The notes under the pieces are model-generated. The model worked only from the letters and a program-made list of their open reading frames with translations, did no database searches and was not told the DNA's origin. A stretch of 63,243 nt of DNA, the filler included, from Craspedostauros australis (Eukaryota): assembly GCA_030167865.1 (NCBI GenBank). It is 9 parts of 9 records of this genome, joined end to end, with 100 filler letters (N's around TTAATTAATTAA, not from the genome) between each part and the next. Parts side by side here need not be neighbours in the genome. Positions count along the whole stretch, not along the records: positions 23,059 to 31,349 come from JALAGF010004098.1; positions 31,450 to 36,401 come from JALAGF010004102.1; positions 36,502 to 41,967 come from JALAGF010004105.1; 6 more parts are not named here. One strand, given 5' to 3'. Positions 25,005-37,947 of this stretch are shown in pieces. How positions within the stretch are numbered: the stretch's first letter is position 1; every line of letters starts with the position of its first letter. A program made the position numbers and the translations under genes.

Positions 25005-27033
25005 TTACGACGAACTGGGCGCCTCCAGCCGCCCATAGAAGAAGGTGTGCCGAACGTGCAACACGACGAACGAGCACAGATGCAGGAACATTGCGTATCC
25101 AGCCAGCACGATCATGTCGTTGCCGCGATTCACATCTTCAATCTCGTAGAACTGCAGCACCGATTCACCGGTGGGGAACAGCTCGCTGTCGAAGGTGCGG
25201 CCATCAAACTCGGTCTTCATGAAGGAACGCCACGAGTATGTGTGGAAGGCGATGTAGTGCGTCCATCGCAAACGGTCTGGAAATTCGGACGGTGTGATCA
25301 TGAAGCCTTGGAACAGCATGAAGAAACCGAACAGTCCCGCCACGAGCGCCATGCCGATGACGAAGTGCGGCACGACGTGGGAGACCAGCTGTGCCAGCGC
25401 CTCGGATGTCAGCAAGGCGAGGTACATGTTGAGGAAGTACCAGAAGGGATCGTTGAACTTGAGCATCGTCATGATGATGAGGGAGACGAGGAACGCCAGC
25501 AGCCCGGTGCCTGGGATCGAAGCGAGACCTTGCGCCATCTGGTAGGCGATGGGATGGTAGTAGTCATTGAGGACCTCCTTGTCGACGATGCCGCGCTCGA
25601 TGACCGTGAAAGGCAGCACGGCGACGCTCATGAAGATGAAGAATGCCACGCAGTAGAACAGCACCGCCGCACGCGAAAGGATGCTCTCGTAGTCATCGCG
25701 TTCGCCGAGCTCCCAAAACAGCCCACCGACCATCAATGCCAGCATGGAGTACATGGCCACACGCGTGAAGAGGATGCCTGGGTTGAACCAGAGGTTGAGG
25801 AAGTACCGGTACGTCAGTTCCATGACGACCGTCAATCCGCCCGAACGGAAGGTCTGTTGTTGTTCCTTGTGCACGAGCTGTCGCAGGCTGTAGGTGCTCG
25901 ATGCCCGCTTGTTGACGTTCTTCACGCCGACACCGTCATCATCGAGGAATGGCTCGCCGTTCTTCGCTGGACCATTCTGCTGCCAATCATCAAAGAGCTC
26001 GGCCCATTCGTGGACAGTCTTTTCGTGGATGCGGAATTCATCGTTGACCATGGTGACGTAATGATCGGCGCGATTCCATCCTTCCGGCGTGGGGTGGCCA
26101 TTGACCGCGAAGAAATCCTCCATACGTCGGCGGCTGCCCGTGTACATCAAGCGGCCCTTGCTGAGCAGCACGGTGTTGTCGATGAGCTGCCAGATGAAGC
26201 TGGACGGTTGATGGATGGTGAGGATGACGCGCCGTCCCGCAGCTGCGCGCGCGTACTCCTTGAGGAACTCCATGACCTGGTAGGCGGATTCTGCATCGAG
26301 ACCGGACGTTGGTTCATCGAGGAAGAAGTTGTTGGGACAGGTCAACGCCTCGAGGCCGATGGAAAGACGACGCTTCTGTCCGCCCGACAAACCCTTGATG
26401 AAGAGATCGCCGACGATGGTGTTGGCCTGTTCCGTGAGACCGAGCTTGGTGAGGAGGTTGTCGATCTCCTTCTCCAACTCCGCACCGCCCTTGCGTCCCG
26501 ACAGACGCGCGTAGTGGTTCATGTAGGATCGCACCGTGAAGAATCCGTGCAGTCGGTCATCCTGTGGGACGATTGCCTTGGATCCTGGCAGATGGACTGC
26601 AATACGTGTGAATCGGAACGTGTCGACAGCATCGAAAATGAGAGATGATAGTCATCACAGATGAAATGAGATGAAATGGGATGAGATAGCGCACAGGAGA
26701 CTGACTGTCGCTTGCCAACACAATTGTTCCGCCGGCACCACATGCATCCATCCATTCCTGCGTTCATATGCACTCACCATCCGCAACGCCCTGAATGTTC
26801 ATTTGCAAGCTGTCGGTGAGCGTGGAGAGGAGCGTCGTCTTGCCACTGCCCGATGGCCCCAAAATGGCCGTCACTGTGCCCTCTGGAAAGTCCACCTTCA
26901 TGCGATGCAGCAGCTGCACGCTCTTCTCGTCGTTGCCACCCGTGCGGATCGTCTCGATGTGGATGTAGCCATCGTTGGGGTTGTGCTGCGCGTCGACGTT
27001 GTCGGAGTCGCTGGCGGCAGTTGGGTCCTTCAT
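25005..27033 (-). CDS. ABCG (White-family) half ABC transporter; exons 27033..26778 and 26596..25005
   Basis: Walker A GPSGSGKT, Q-loop VPQDD (restored by phase-1 intron 26597..26777), signature LSGGQ, Walker B FFLDEPT, H-loop TIHQP, then an ABC-2-type TM domain. Confidence 0.93.
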
Positions 27034-27869
27034 TGCGGTATTGGAATGCCTTTGTACGAGTATGTTTCTGTGGGTATGGAGAGTGGTGGTGGATTACGGT
27101 GCTTGTCTTGTCTATTGTCGCGTCTGCAGTCTGTCCAGAGTGTGTGTGTAGTGTAGTTTATCGTGTGTCAGTTAGTTGGTTGGTGGTTGATGTTGCTCCA
27201 GATGGATTTTATGATCTCAACTTGATGATGGATTGTCGGCCGGGCTTGTGCAAAGTTGAATTTCTTTTTGTGGGAATGAGCATTGTTCTTGAAAGGTGGT
27301 GTCTTGGTCGGGCGCTGTTGAGGAACTTCCGGCAACGGTTTGTTTTGTTGGTGCATGTGTCTGTGAATGGTTTTGGTGTGTGTGTGTGTGGTTCCGTTTT
27401 CGCTTCGTCGATCACGTTGCCACGACAGGACTTTCACCGAAGCATGATCTCAACAGCCTTTTCAATCACGTCCATTCATTCGCAGCGGGATTGACCTTTG
27501 TCCGAAAACGAGTTTGGGGCTTTCCTCAGTCTGCCCTTCATACGCCAATCGCTCTGTCACCAGTCAATTGGCTCAGGATCAACTTCGAACAGAATGGAAC
27601 AAATCCAAACATCGAGGAGACCAACCACACATCACCATCCATTCCATCAACACCAAGCCTAACCAAACAACAAAAGCAAAGAAGAAACGGAAGGAAGAGG
27701 ATCGCCAGGCTCCTCCATTACTGCACATCCATGCGTGTGTGAATCCATCACATGGATCCATTGCTCCGAGCGACGACTGCCTACAATCAATCTGCTTGCA
27801 CAATTGAAACAGAAGCAACAGACGCCAAGCTCTTCTCAGACAGACACAGAGACAAGAACGCACGGAAAC

Positions 27870-30800
27870 ATGGACAGCGACACCGAGAGCGACGGCTCCG
27901 GCGTCGGTGCTTTTGCCACGTTGGATTTGACAGGCGTGGACTTTGATGACGCGGGCGTCGATGCCAATACAACGCAGGATGATGCGCAGCACGCCATGCA
28001 ACTGGACGCGTTCGATGTCGCCGCATTGGAGTTGGAAGTCTCGCACATGACCAACAAGTTGACGCACGGCAAACAATTCTCGCGCTTGCAGGAGTTGGAG
28101 AAGCTCATTGCCGGCGGGCGATACACGGATGCGCTGCAGAGCGATTCTGCGAAGTGGTTCTTTGATCGATCCTTGATGATCGATGCGGATGATGAACAGA
28201 ACGCGTCGCTGCCATCGACGGTCGTCCAGCGTGTCAAGAATCGCATTCATCAACTTGAGTCGATCCGAGAATGCGTGGAAGCAGAATTTGTGGGCGTTGC
28301 CGCATTCAACCTCTTCCTGCAGCTCAATTACACGGGCCCCGTCCCTGACGACGAGGTCATGAAGTCCGTTGTCGAAGCCAAATTGAATCCGCACGATTGC
28401 TTCCGAGATATTCTCCACAAGACGCAGAATGATGCGGACGGCGGCGGCGGCAAGAGCGATGAGGTACCTGCGTCCACACCCGACGCTGACACAGCGCAGC
28501 AACCGAAGCAGAAAATCACACAGCGGCACGACATCAAATATCACAACGCCGTGCTGTCGGAGTTGGCGGTCGAAGGCTATTGGCCATGTCCGGTGGCGTA
28601 CATGCCGTATCTGCTGCTGGTTGCACGCTCCATCCTCACTTCCTTGTGCATCACGCAGCCTGTCGCATCAGAGGAGAACCACAAAACCGCAACCAGATGG
28701 AATGAACAGCTCAACCTTTCCGCGCAGCAATTGTTCAATCGGCGGTCCGCAGTCAGCAATGACGAGATCGAGGCGGTTGCTCTGCCTGCGGTCCTCAAGG
28801 CGGCGGAGCAGCACCTCAAAGCGGCGCACGTCTGGTCTGTTCGAGCGTGCGTCGCTCACGAACGGCTGTTGCTTCTGCAGGAGTCGACGCTCACGCTGTG
28901 GGAAGAAGTGCAGCACGGATATCTGAAGGCGCTCCAGATTTTCTCGAAATCCAAAGATTCAGGTGCCAATACTAACGCTGGTGCTGACGCTAATGTTGAT
29001 GACTTGGAAGCTCGCATTCTCTTGGAATGGGGGCTTGCACAACATCACTTCGACCGAGATGGCAAGGGAAAGGCCGACTTTGTGGCCGCTCAAAAATCAT
29101 CAGGATTGGAGGTCGAGGTCACCGGTGCGATGGGAAAACGGACCAAATTCCAACAAGACGAGAAGGCGCAGATGATCGTCAGGGCGACATCCAAGTCCAC
29201 ACCTACGCCTGCTTCCGTCTCTGCAACTGGCACCACTGATACCAGCAATGGTAACAGCGTCGAAACAGCGGCGAAGGATGAAAAGAAAGAGATCGCCAAC
29301 GCGGAGGAAGAAGACAAGGTCCGATCCCAAATGATCAAGTTGGGCGAGGACAGCGAATTGCTGGAGAACGTGAAGTACGAAGACGAGAAGGACAACGAGG
29401 TCACACATCTCTCGATCTTAGATCAAGCCATCCTGCTGGCGTTCTGTCTCGACGTCAAGAACACCAACCCCGCTGATGGGCTGACAGGCGAACAGATGGG
29501 CGCCTACCTCGCTCGCATCCTATTGCACGCGGATGACTGGATGATCTACTCGACCGGTCTACTCGAACGTGCCTGGCTGGACTTCGAACGCGTTCACACC
29601 AAGGAACGTTCCATCCTGCAGCTCCAGGCATTGGCGGATCAGCACACCAACCGGCTGACCATCACACAATCGACGCGCGCATCGGTGGAGGAATCTTCGC
29701 CTGCCCAGGATCGGTTGCGCAACTTGCACACCATCGTGTACCCTCCTCGATGGCACATGCTGCGGGACATTGCGGACAAGTATGCCTCCATCGGGATCGT
29801 GACGAGCGCGGCGGAGCTGTACACTGAGATCGAGTACTGGGATGAGGTGGTGGACTGCTACAAACGAGCAGGTCGCATGAACCGTGCTGAAGAGATTGTG
29901 AGAGAGCGCTTGGAGGTCTCCGAAACGCCCCGGATGTGGACCGCGCTCGGCGATTTGACGCAAGATCCGGATCATTATGAGAAGGCGGCGACGCTGTCGA
30001 AGGGACGATACGCACCAGCATACTTGAAGCTTGGAGAGTACTACTTTGGCAAGGGAGATCTGTACAAGGCGCAGAACAACTACCGGTCCTCCGTGGTGCT
30101 TCGCCCATTGCAACCTGCCGCGTGGTTCCGGCTTGGCACCATCAGCATGCAGCTGGAGGATTGGGACAACGCTTTAACAGCATTCACCGAGGTCGTTCAG
30201 CAGCACCCGGAGGAGGCGGAGGGATGGGCCAACATTGCTGCTGTTCACATGCACAACAAGAAGCCAGCTGAGGCCTATCCAGCATTGGCGGAGGTGAGAA
30301 TTGCTACATGCGCGTTCGCGTGCACCTGGTGTGCGATGGAGTTGATGTTTGCGGCGTTGTTGAACATGTCACAGTGTTGCAGTGTTACTTCATGATGCTG
30401 TGAAGCAGATGTACTTCCAATTTTCAGATGCTTGCTTGCTTGTCTGTCATATTATATGTGTACTAATTCCGGAAAATACGATACCTCACACAGTCCTTCC
30501 ACACAATGTCACAATCATACCTCGCAAACTGCGCAGTCTATAAAACAAAACCGTTCCAACTGGAGAGTATGGGTCAGCAAGCTCCATACGTGTTTGGATT
30601 TGCACAAGTACGACGAAGCCATCCAAGCCTGCAACATGATTCTCGACTTCAGGAAGAAGAAGGCCGGAACGTCCCAAGAAAGCCCCGAAGTCGAGGCCAA
30701 GTGCGTGCGTGCCATCGTCGGCGGCATACTGGCGAGTTACCGATCCGCCAAGGGAGGCGAGGGCAGCAACAGCGGAGCGATGCAGTCCGCCCGACGCAGC

Positions 30801-31193
30801 CTCATGAGATTGCACGATCTGTTGCAGACATTATCCACCAGCCTCAAGGACCCATGGGTGTACGAAACGCTTGCCTACTTCAATGAGCAAATCGGAGATG
30901 ACGACGCCGTGCTCGAGAATCTGATGAAGGAGTACCGCTCCTTGCAAACTATCCGTGGCTGGGAGAAGGACGATTACGAAGTCATCAAGGTCAGCAGGGT
31001 GGTGAAGCAGATCGTCGCGTTCCAAAGACAAACACCGAAGGACATTGCGAAATCCAAATTCCTGGTCCGTGGCGTCGTCAACCGCATCAAGGCGGCACGG
31101 GTGGATCTGCCGACGCACCCGACGGAGATCTCGGAACTGGAAAGCCTCCTGGCAGAACTGGATGAGCAAGGCAGACAGCACCAGATAAACTAG
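27870..31193 (+). CDS. TTC27: TPR protein TTC27/EMW1 homolog; exons 27870..30293 and 30537..31193
   Basis: FLQLNYTGP, VTGAMGKRTKFQQ, WMIYSTGLLERAWLDF...ERSILQLQALAD, and TPR repeats. Phase-0 GTGAG..CAG intron at 30294..30536. Confidence 0.88.
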
Positions 31194-31449
31194 AGAGCAG
31201 GAAAAGAGACGGCAATCTACTCCTTCGTGGGGATTCCTCTCTGGTTGCTGGTGTTGGCCGCCCTTGGACATGAGCGTATCCGCTCATCTCGTGGCAAAAG
31301 TGTTTCTCTGCATTGCACGAGCAGCAATGGAATGCACAAGTTGGTTCTANNNNNNNNNNNNNNNNNNNNNNNNNNNNNNNNNNNNNNNNNNNNTTAATTA
31401 ATTAANNNNNNNNNNNNNNNNNNNNNNNNNNNNNNNNNNNNNNNNNNNN

Positions 31450-32743
31450 CTTGGGCTGAGATCATACGATCGCATGTGCTTGTCGTACTTTGTGTCATGC
31501 AAGTCGCCTGTGCGGAAATGAATGGAGTGGAGTAGAGTAGGGCAGAACAGTATCGTAGAAGGATATCGCAGATAGTGGAATGGCATCAAAGAATGGAACG
31601 TATTGAACGAGGTGGAATGAAGTGAGTTGCACATGACATTGCTGACATTGCTGACACTGCCGATACTGCTGGTGCAAGCGCAGGTGTCCAACGGCAGAAA
31701 CAGGAGCTTACCTTCTCCTTGGTACAGCGCGTTGGCTCCATTGATCTTGTAGGTGTAGAACTGGCCGCAGGTGTTGTGAATCACAGCGAAGATACCCTCG
31801 ACATTGTCCGGGAGCAGTCCACGCAGTGCAGCATCCCAGGCCGAGATCCCTCCAAGCACCGCAACGATCTCTGACGATGTATCTTCGGCGTACTTGTGCA
31901 CGGGGGTGTAGAAGATGATGTGAGGATGTTCGACTGACGAATCCTTGAGCTGGTCGTGCATTGCCTGGTGCTCCTTCTCAGAATACGCGATGGTCCTCAG
32001 CAGGAGGACCATCGAAAACACAGTTTGATTGTGCAAGCTCAATAACGCGTCTTTCATTCCACCGAAAGCAAAGATGTTCCAGTTGAAAAGATCGTAAGTG
32101 AACGGTGCGGGGGCATATTCCCAGCTGGGAAAGTACACATCGCGAACGTCGTCCTCAATGAAGCGATCTTCGCCAGCTTCCGCTCTGTAGTTTGACTTGG
32201 TGATGAAGGGATGGAAGTGGTCATCGGTTGGCACCTCCTTGTCAATGTTGCCTTCGAGTCTGTGGAGCTCTTCCATCAAATTGACGTGCTCGTTGACGCT
32301 GTACTCTTCCCATGCTGCACGATCCTCATGCTTCACTACATGCATCAACGTGATTGCTTCTGTTTGGGAGATGCGCAGCACAGGCTCGGAGTTTGTGAGG
32401 AAGTATGGGATGGTCACCATGGGCCAATCCTCGTTGCGAGATAGCACGGATGACGAGATGCTGGCTGCGAATCCATGGTGCGCGAGGCGCAAGTTGCGTT
32501 GCTGATCAACAGCTGCGTGTCCGATGGTTTCGGAGAACTGTTTGAACTGCGGTGCGGGAGTAGTTCAATTTCAAGAGAGGTGGAATTGGAATAGTACGAG
32601 CGTGGATATGAATACATGACAAAGACAAGAATGGATGCGGGCGTGAGCGTGAGGTCCGAAATTATGTCCCCGGAGCATGCCGCATGATGTTGTTGATGTC
32701 CCAGAGCGACCGTCCCAACACAGTAGAGCGCCTGGGGCGGTGA

Positions 32744-32787
<44 letters not shown>

Positions 32788-33458
32788 GTCAACGTGGCAA
32801 CAGAACTGGAGATGACATGCAACATGTTCCACTTACGGCCGTTTCGAAGTTGTCTGTTTCTTCATCCTCGAGGAACTACAGATGATAATGCGCGCATGGT
32901 TGTGTGGTCGGATTGGGTTGAATTATTCGGATGAGAATAGCCCGCGTCCGGCATGTATGGTAAAATACCATGGGATAGGTCGCAGAAAAATGGAGGAAGA
33001 TTCACAGTGAGTGATGATTTGCGATAGCCATGGGGAGTCGCGATGTGACTCTGGGAGCACAGGCATGGCATACTTCGGCAAAGCTACCACACCCTGTCTC
33101 TGTCCAAGAATACTGGAATGACGACACAAGACACCAACGAGATGAGGATACGATGCCATCAACACGAAGTACCTACCATGTACGTTGTGCAAGTGACAAC
33201 GACTGCCGTGATCAGCAATGCTGCACCCACGATGAACCTCCACACACGGACTTGCATCGTGTCTCCTTTGGATTCGTTGCGGACCTCTTGCAATTCGTCC
33301 ATTTCCTCTGTTGTCCTGGAGGTTGAATGTTGGTGTGATCCATCTTCCAAGTCGTCATCGAACCCCATGCCCCTCTCATCTTCAGAGTGATGATCGAGGG
33401 TGCCGTCACTTTCTTCTTTCGTGGGGACGAGCGGTTGGCTCGGCATGTTTGGATGCAT
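31450..33458 (-). CDS. Two-TM protein with a CHASE-like extracellular sensor domain (type found N-terminal to diatom cyclases/kinases); exons 33458..33177, 32875..32837, 32546..31712, 31507..gap
   Basis: Spliced product reads VRVWRFIVGAALLITAVVVTCTTYM|FLEDEETDNFETA|FKQFSETIG...WPMVTIP...DRAAWEEYS...LLPDNVEGIFAVIHNTCGQFYTYKINGANALYQGEG|DLHD. All splice sites are canonical and phase-consistent. Confidence 0.75.
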
Positions 33459-35291
33459 GGTGATGGCGGTGGTGGCGATGGTGGCAATGCCCTCTCCGTC
33501 TATCTCGGGTTGATCTTCGTGGACCGGTTGGCTGCTGCTGCTGCTGCTGTCGAGCTGCGGGTGCTGTTGTTGCCGCCGTTGTTGCTGTTGCTGTGCTTGT
33601 CTGTTTTTAATGGAATGCTCGTCTTGGCGTTCGATGATTCGCCGAATAGGAACGTCTGCTCTGTCTCTTCCTGCCGTCTGATGCGCTTTGTCTTTGGTTG
33701 TGTCGTATTATGTCTCAACTTTGTGAGTACCAAAGAGAGAGGAGGCACCAACTCCACCACGACAAAACGAAGAGCGTCGGCTGCGGAGCAGTGCCAGGCA
33801 CCGCGCAAATCTGTCTCACAGCAACAGAGGCTATCGACAAGAACAAAAGGCAGGGCCCCTCCCCCACCACGTCTCATCGTTTTGCTGCGTGTGTCGCCAC
33901 GACGCTCTCTCCTCCGCCATGGTGTGACATCAAACGGCACGCTTTGGTGGTACGGAATGTCAACTTGAACCCAGAGGGGAACAGTTCTTTCGGGACCGAA
34001 CACGAGCACATGAGCAACTTGGCATCACGCTCGTACCTATGTGAGATGCATGCTTCGCGCGGTAAGAATCTTTGGTGTGTTCGCTTGGATTTGGAGGCGA
34101 GGAGCACAGCATAACGCATTCTCCATCTCTTTCTCGCTTCGCGGTTGAATCCGCGGAGGGGCGGTACAAGAATATTAGTAAGCACGAGCTATCTCCACGT
34201 TCCCACCAAAAGAGGCCCTGCCAGTTCGCTTGACAACGCGAGCGCGCCAAAGGATGCTCTCATTGACACTGAGACAGGAATCATCGTCCCCTTTGTTAGT
34301 CGTATTTGGACATCGCGCAGGCGTGCTGTGTGCTGCGCTGCACATCATGTCTGAATCTGAGTGGTTGCGAAAGGGTCCAGCGCAGACCGAGCGCATCAAC
34401 AGCTCGTGTTCGGTCCAAGGACGGGTTCGTCCTCGACCAGAAACGGCGCTGATACTTGGTTGATCCATTACCATCGCCATAATTGACACTCTGATTTCCA
34501 TTGTCATTGTCGTTGCCATTTCCAATTTCTGTCTTGTGCCCAGCCCAATCATGGCATGTTCAAGGTGCATCCGCAGTGATCCTGACGCAAGAACCTGCGC
34601 ATGCCAATGGATACACGACGACCCACACTGGGAGGAGATACACCAGTACTCTCGAGCAGGGTCCATGCGGAGATTTCGCATGGGGACTTGCTCCCCAAGC
34701 TTTGATCTTGGTCTGCTGAGCTGCCATCAGTGAGTGACGCTCTGGGCTTCTTCTCTTTCTTTGAGATTCGGACTTCGCTCACTTGTCACGATTGTCATGA
34801 CAAATTTGCGAAACCATGAAACACTTGTCGCCGAAGCGGTATCTTGCACACATTGTGAGCCGAAGGTACACCCATAGCGCCAACAAAACCGACAAATTGG
34901 AGGCTGCGTCGAAATATGTACAAGCACGGAATGGAACAAGAGTGCCCTCATTGACGCGCACCCTAACAACTGTTTGCCCTGCTTTGTGGGACACTCTTGT
35001 CTCGCATTCTTGATAGTGGCGATGCAGAGTTGCGCATGGCTTGCACAAAGTACATATCCCTGAATGTGCCAGGTACGAGCGCTATCATACGACAACAAGG
35101 ACGAACGCGGGTGTGCATGGGTGCGAGGTGGAAAACGCAATTCCCTATTCGTCGTGCTCATACTGCGAGTACTTGTTCATGTCATATTCATGCATAAATT
35201 CGTTATGTAAAGGAACTTGGCTCTGTGATCTGACAGTCTGCGACTCAGTCATCTGGGACATACTTGCGTATCGACAGTACTATTCCATGAC

Positions 35292-36401
35292 TCAGTTGCG
35301 TCTGTGGACAGACACAGCAAAGAAGCAGAACACCAAAGCAACGATGAAGAACGCGCAGCCGACGATGATCGTAAGCGTTTCGGGGGTGGAGTTGTCGTAG
35401 GAGTCCACAAATTCGTCAGATGGGTAAGTCTTCATGGAGTATCGGCAGTGGCCTGCAGTTGTGTTGAACTTCGGGTGATCGCTTGGGCTGAGATCATACG
35501 ATCGCATGTGCTTGTCGTACTTTGTGTCATGCAAGTCGCCTGTGCGGAAATGAATGGAGTGGAGTAGAGTAGGGCAGAACAGTATCGTAGAAGGATATCG
35601 CAGATAGTGGAATGGCATCAAAGAATGGAACGTATTGAACGAGGTGGAATGAAGTGAGTTGCACATGACATTGCTGACATTGCTGACACTGCCGATACTG
35701 CTGGTGCAAGCGCAGGTGTCCAACGGCAGAAACAGGAGCTTACCTTCTCCTTGGTACAGCGCGTTGGCTCCATTGATCTTGTAGGTGTAGAACTGGCCGC
35801 AGGTGTTGTGAATCACAGCGAAGATACCCTCGACATTGTCCGGGAGCAGTCCACGCAGTGCAGCATCCCAGGCCGAGATCCCTCCAAGCACCGCAACGAT
35901 CTCTGACGATGTATCTTCGGCGTACTTGTGCACGGGGGTGTAGAAGATGATGTGAGGATGTTCGACTGACGAATCCTTGAGCTGGTCGTGCATTGCCTGG
36001 TGCTCCTTCTCAGAATACGCGATGGTCCTCAGCAGGAGGACCATCGAAAACACAGTTTGATTGTGCAAGCTCAATAACGCGTCTTTCATTCCACCGAAAG
36101 CAAAGATGTTCCAGTTGAAAAGATCGTAAGTGAACGGTGCGGGGGCATATTCCCAGCTGGGAAAGTACACATCGCGAACGTCGTCCTCAATGAAGCGATC
36201 TTCGCCAGCTTCCGCTCTGTAGTTTGACTTGGTGATGAAGGGATGGAAGTGGTCATCGGTTGGCACCTCCTTGTCAATGTTGCCTTCGAGTCTGTGGAGC
36301 TCTTCCATCAAATTGACGTGCTCGTTGACGCTGTACTCTTCCCATGCTGCACGATCCTCATGCTTCACTACATGCATCAACGTGATTGCTTCTGTTTGGG
36401 A
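35292..36401 (-). CDS. Second tandem copy (3' part) of the CHASE-like two-TM sensor gene, ending ...FFAVSVHRRN-stop
   Basis: 35482..36401 appears identical to 31450..32369. Intron 35540..35743. Second TM IIVGCAFFIVALVFCFFAV, then TGA at 35294..35292. Confidence 0.75.
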   Translation of the reverse strand, partial: SQTEAITLMHVVKHEDRAAWEEYSVNEHVNLMEELHRLEGNIDKEVPTDDHFHPFITKSNYRAEAGEDRFIEDDVRDVYFPSWEYAPAPFTYDLFNWNIFAFGGMKDALLSLHNQTVFSMVLLLRTIAYSEKEHQAMHDQLKDSSVEHPHIIFYTPVHKYAEDTSSEIVAVLGGISAWDAALRGLLPDNVEGIFAVIHNTCGQFYTYKINGANALYQGEGKLLFLPLDTCACTSSIGSVSNVSNVMCNSLHSTSFNTFHSLMPFHYLRYPSTILFCPTLLHSIHFRTGDLHDTKYDKHMRSYDLSPSDHPKFNTTAGHCRYSMKTYPSDEFVDSYDNSTPETLTIIVGCAFFIVALVFCFFAVSVHRRN

Positions 36402-36504
36402 NNNNNNNNNNNNNNNNNNNNNNNNNNNNNNNNNNNNNNNNNNNNTTAATTAATTAANNNNNNNNNNNNNNNNNNNNNNNNNNNNNNNNNNNNNNNNNNN
36501 NCCC

Positions 36505-37947
36505 ATGAAGGCACCCAATGACCATTCCAGCTCGGCTCCTCGTGAAGCTGCGCCATCATACATTCGCGACAAGCCGAAGAAGCTGACGGGCAACCAAGTC
36601 GAACGCTTGATGCAGCAAGGCTTTACCAAGGGTAAGTGCAACGTATCATGCCATGCCATGAGACCAAGGGTTTTGCAGTGCACAGTGCACAGTGTGCGTT
36701 GCGTGTTGTGCAGTGCGCGACCAATGGTCATCACATCACATTGCATCGCATGCACTGAGTGTGTTGTGTGGCTTTCACCCAATTCGAGGCTCACGTAATC
36801 GACTGACTGCTCACACGATCTTCTACAATCTGCGATTCACATTCAATGGCACTAATGCGCTCCATTCTTTCCTCGTCGTGTCAATGCTTGCTCACGAACC
36901 ACCCTCGGTCTTATCGATCAACCATCAGGTCTCTGCTTGTCTCTGAATCCCATGAAAGAAGTCTTTCCATTGCGCTTCTGGATCATCGACAATTCTGATA
37001 GCATGCGAGAGAACGATGGAACTCGTATCGTCACCAGCAGCGACACAGCCAGCAGTGTGCTATGCACACGATGGGAAGAGATCCAGGAGTGCGTCAGCTA
37101 TCACATCAAACTCGCAGGCTTGATTGAAGCACCAACGCGCTTCCGCCTGTTGAACGACCCCGGTGCCAACGTCGGACCGCAGCAATTCTCAGTCGGTGAG
37201 AATCCCGACACTACGCCACATGACATGCAGGAGGCGTTGGGGATCATGAGACGCGCGCGTCCAGGAGGTTGCACGCCGCTCACCAGCCACATTCTCGCCA
37301 TTCAGCAGGAAGTGTCTCGCATGGCGCCGGAGCTGCGCAGGCACGGCAAGAAGGCTGTGATCGTGATCGCCACCGACGGGCTGCCGACCGGCGGGCTGCC
37401 GGCCGACGAACGAAGACATGGTGGTCATAAACGAAGACACGGTGGTCATGAACACAGCAGAAAATTCGTGAAGGCGCTGCGACTCCTCGAGGGACTGCCC
37501 GTCTGGGTCGTCGTCCGCCTGTGCACCGACGAACTCAACGTCGTCAATTTCTACAAAGACGTGCACTGCCAGCTGGGGCTGTCGCTGGAAGTGCTGAGCG
37601 ACTTCTATGAGGAAGCGAGCGACGTATCAGGAGAGCAACCGTGGCTCTCGTACGGCCTCCCGCTGTACAGGCTCCGTGAATTCGGCTTCCACGACAGGGT
37701 CCTTGGCATTCTCAATAAAAGACCGTTGACAAAGACAGAACTAAGAGACTTTGCCGCGCTCCTTTTCGGCGAAGAGTCCTTCGATGGTGTGCCACATCCA
37801 ACCTTGAATTGGAAGGGATTCGTTGCGGACATCGATCGACTGGTGAAGCAGGAGAAGAAGACATTCAAAGCATGGAAGAACACACCGTCTCCCTGGATCG
37901 ACAAACGCGAGCTGAAGCTTGCGTATCCCACCTGCAACATCTTGTGA
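36505..37947 (+). CDS. von Willebrand factor A (vWA) domain protein; exons 36505..36631 and 36929..37947; 5' end may lie in the gap
   Basis: Phase-1 intron 36632..36928 yields GFTKGLCLSLNPMKEVFPLRFWIIDNSDSM (MIDAS DxSxS), then PGGCTPL, VIVIATDGLPT and VWVVVRLCTDE. Confidence 0.8.

Larger units (their letters stand above)
31450..36401. repeat. Contig with ~920-bp terminal direct repeats, i.e. a 4,032-bp tandem repeat unit
   Basis: Identical ORFs are offset by exactly 4,032 bp (32054..32245 vs 36086..36277; 31495..31677 vs 35527..35709). Both contig ends abut gaps. Confidence 0.9.

Noticed and set aside
25047..26648. 533-aa plus-strand ORF and similar long antisense ORFs (27579..28544, 56520..57556, 14726..15328)
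   Set aside because: Shadow frames of real genes on the opposite strand, with no recognisable motifs.
5691..27033. Two glycosyltransferase-like genes plus ABCG as a biosynthetic cluster
   Set aside because: They are interspersed with unrelated genes and a gap, these are large common families, and there is no evidence of co-regulation.
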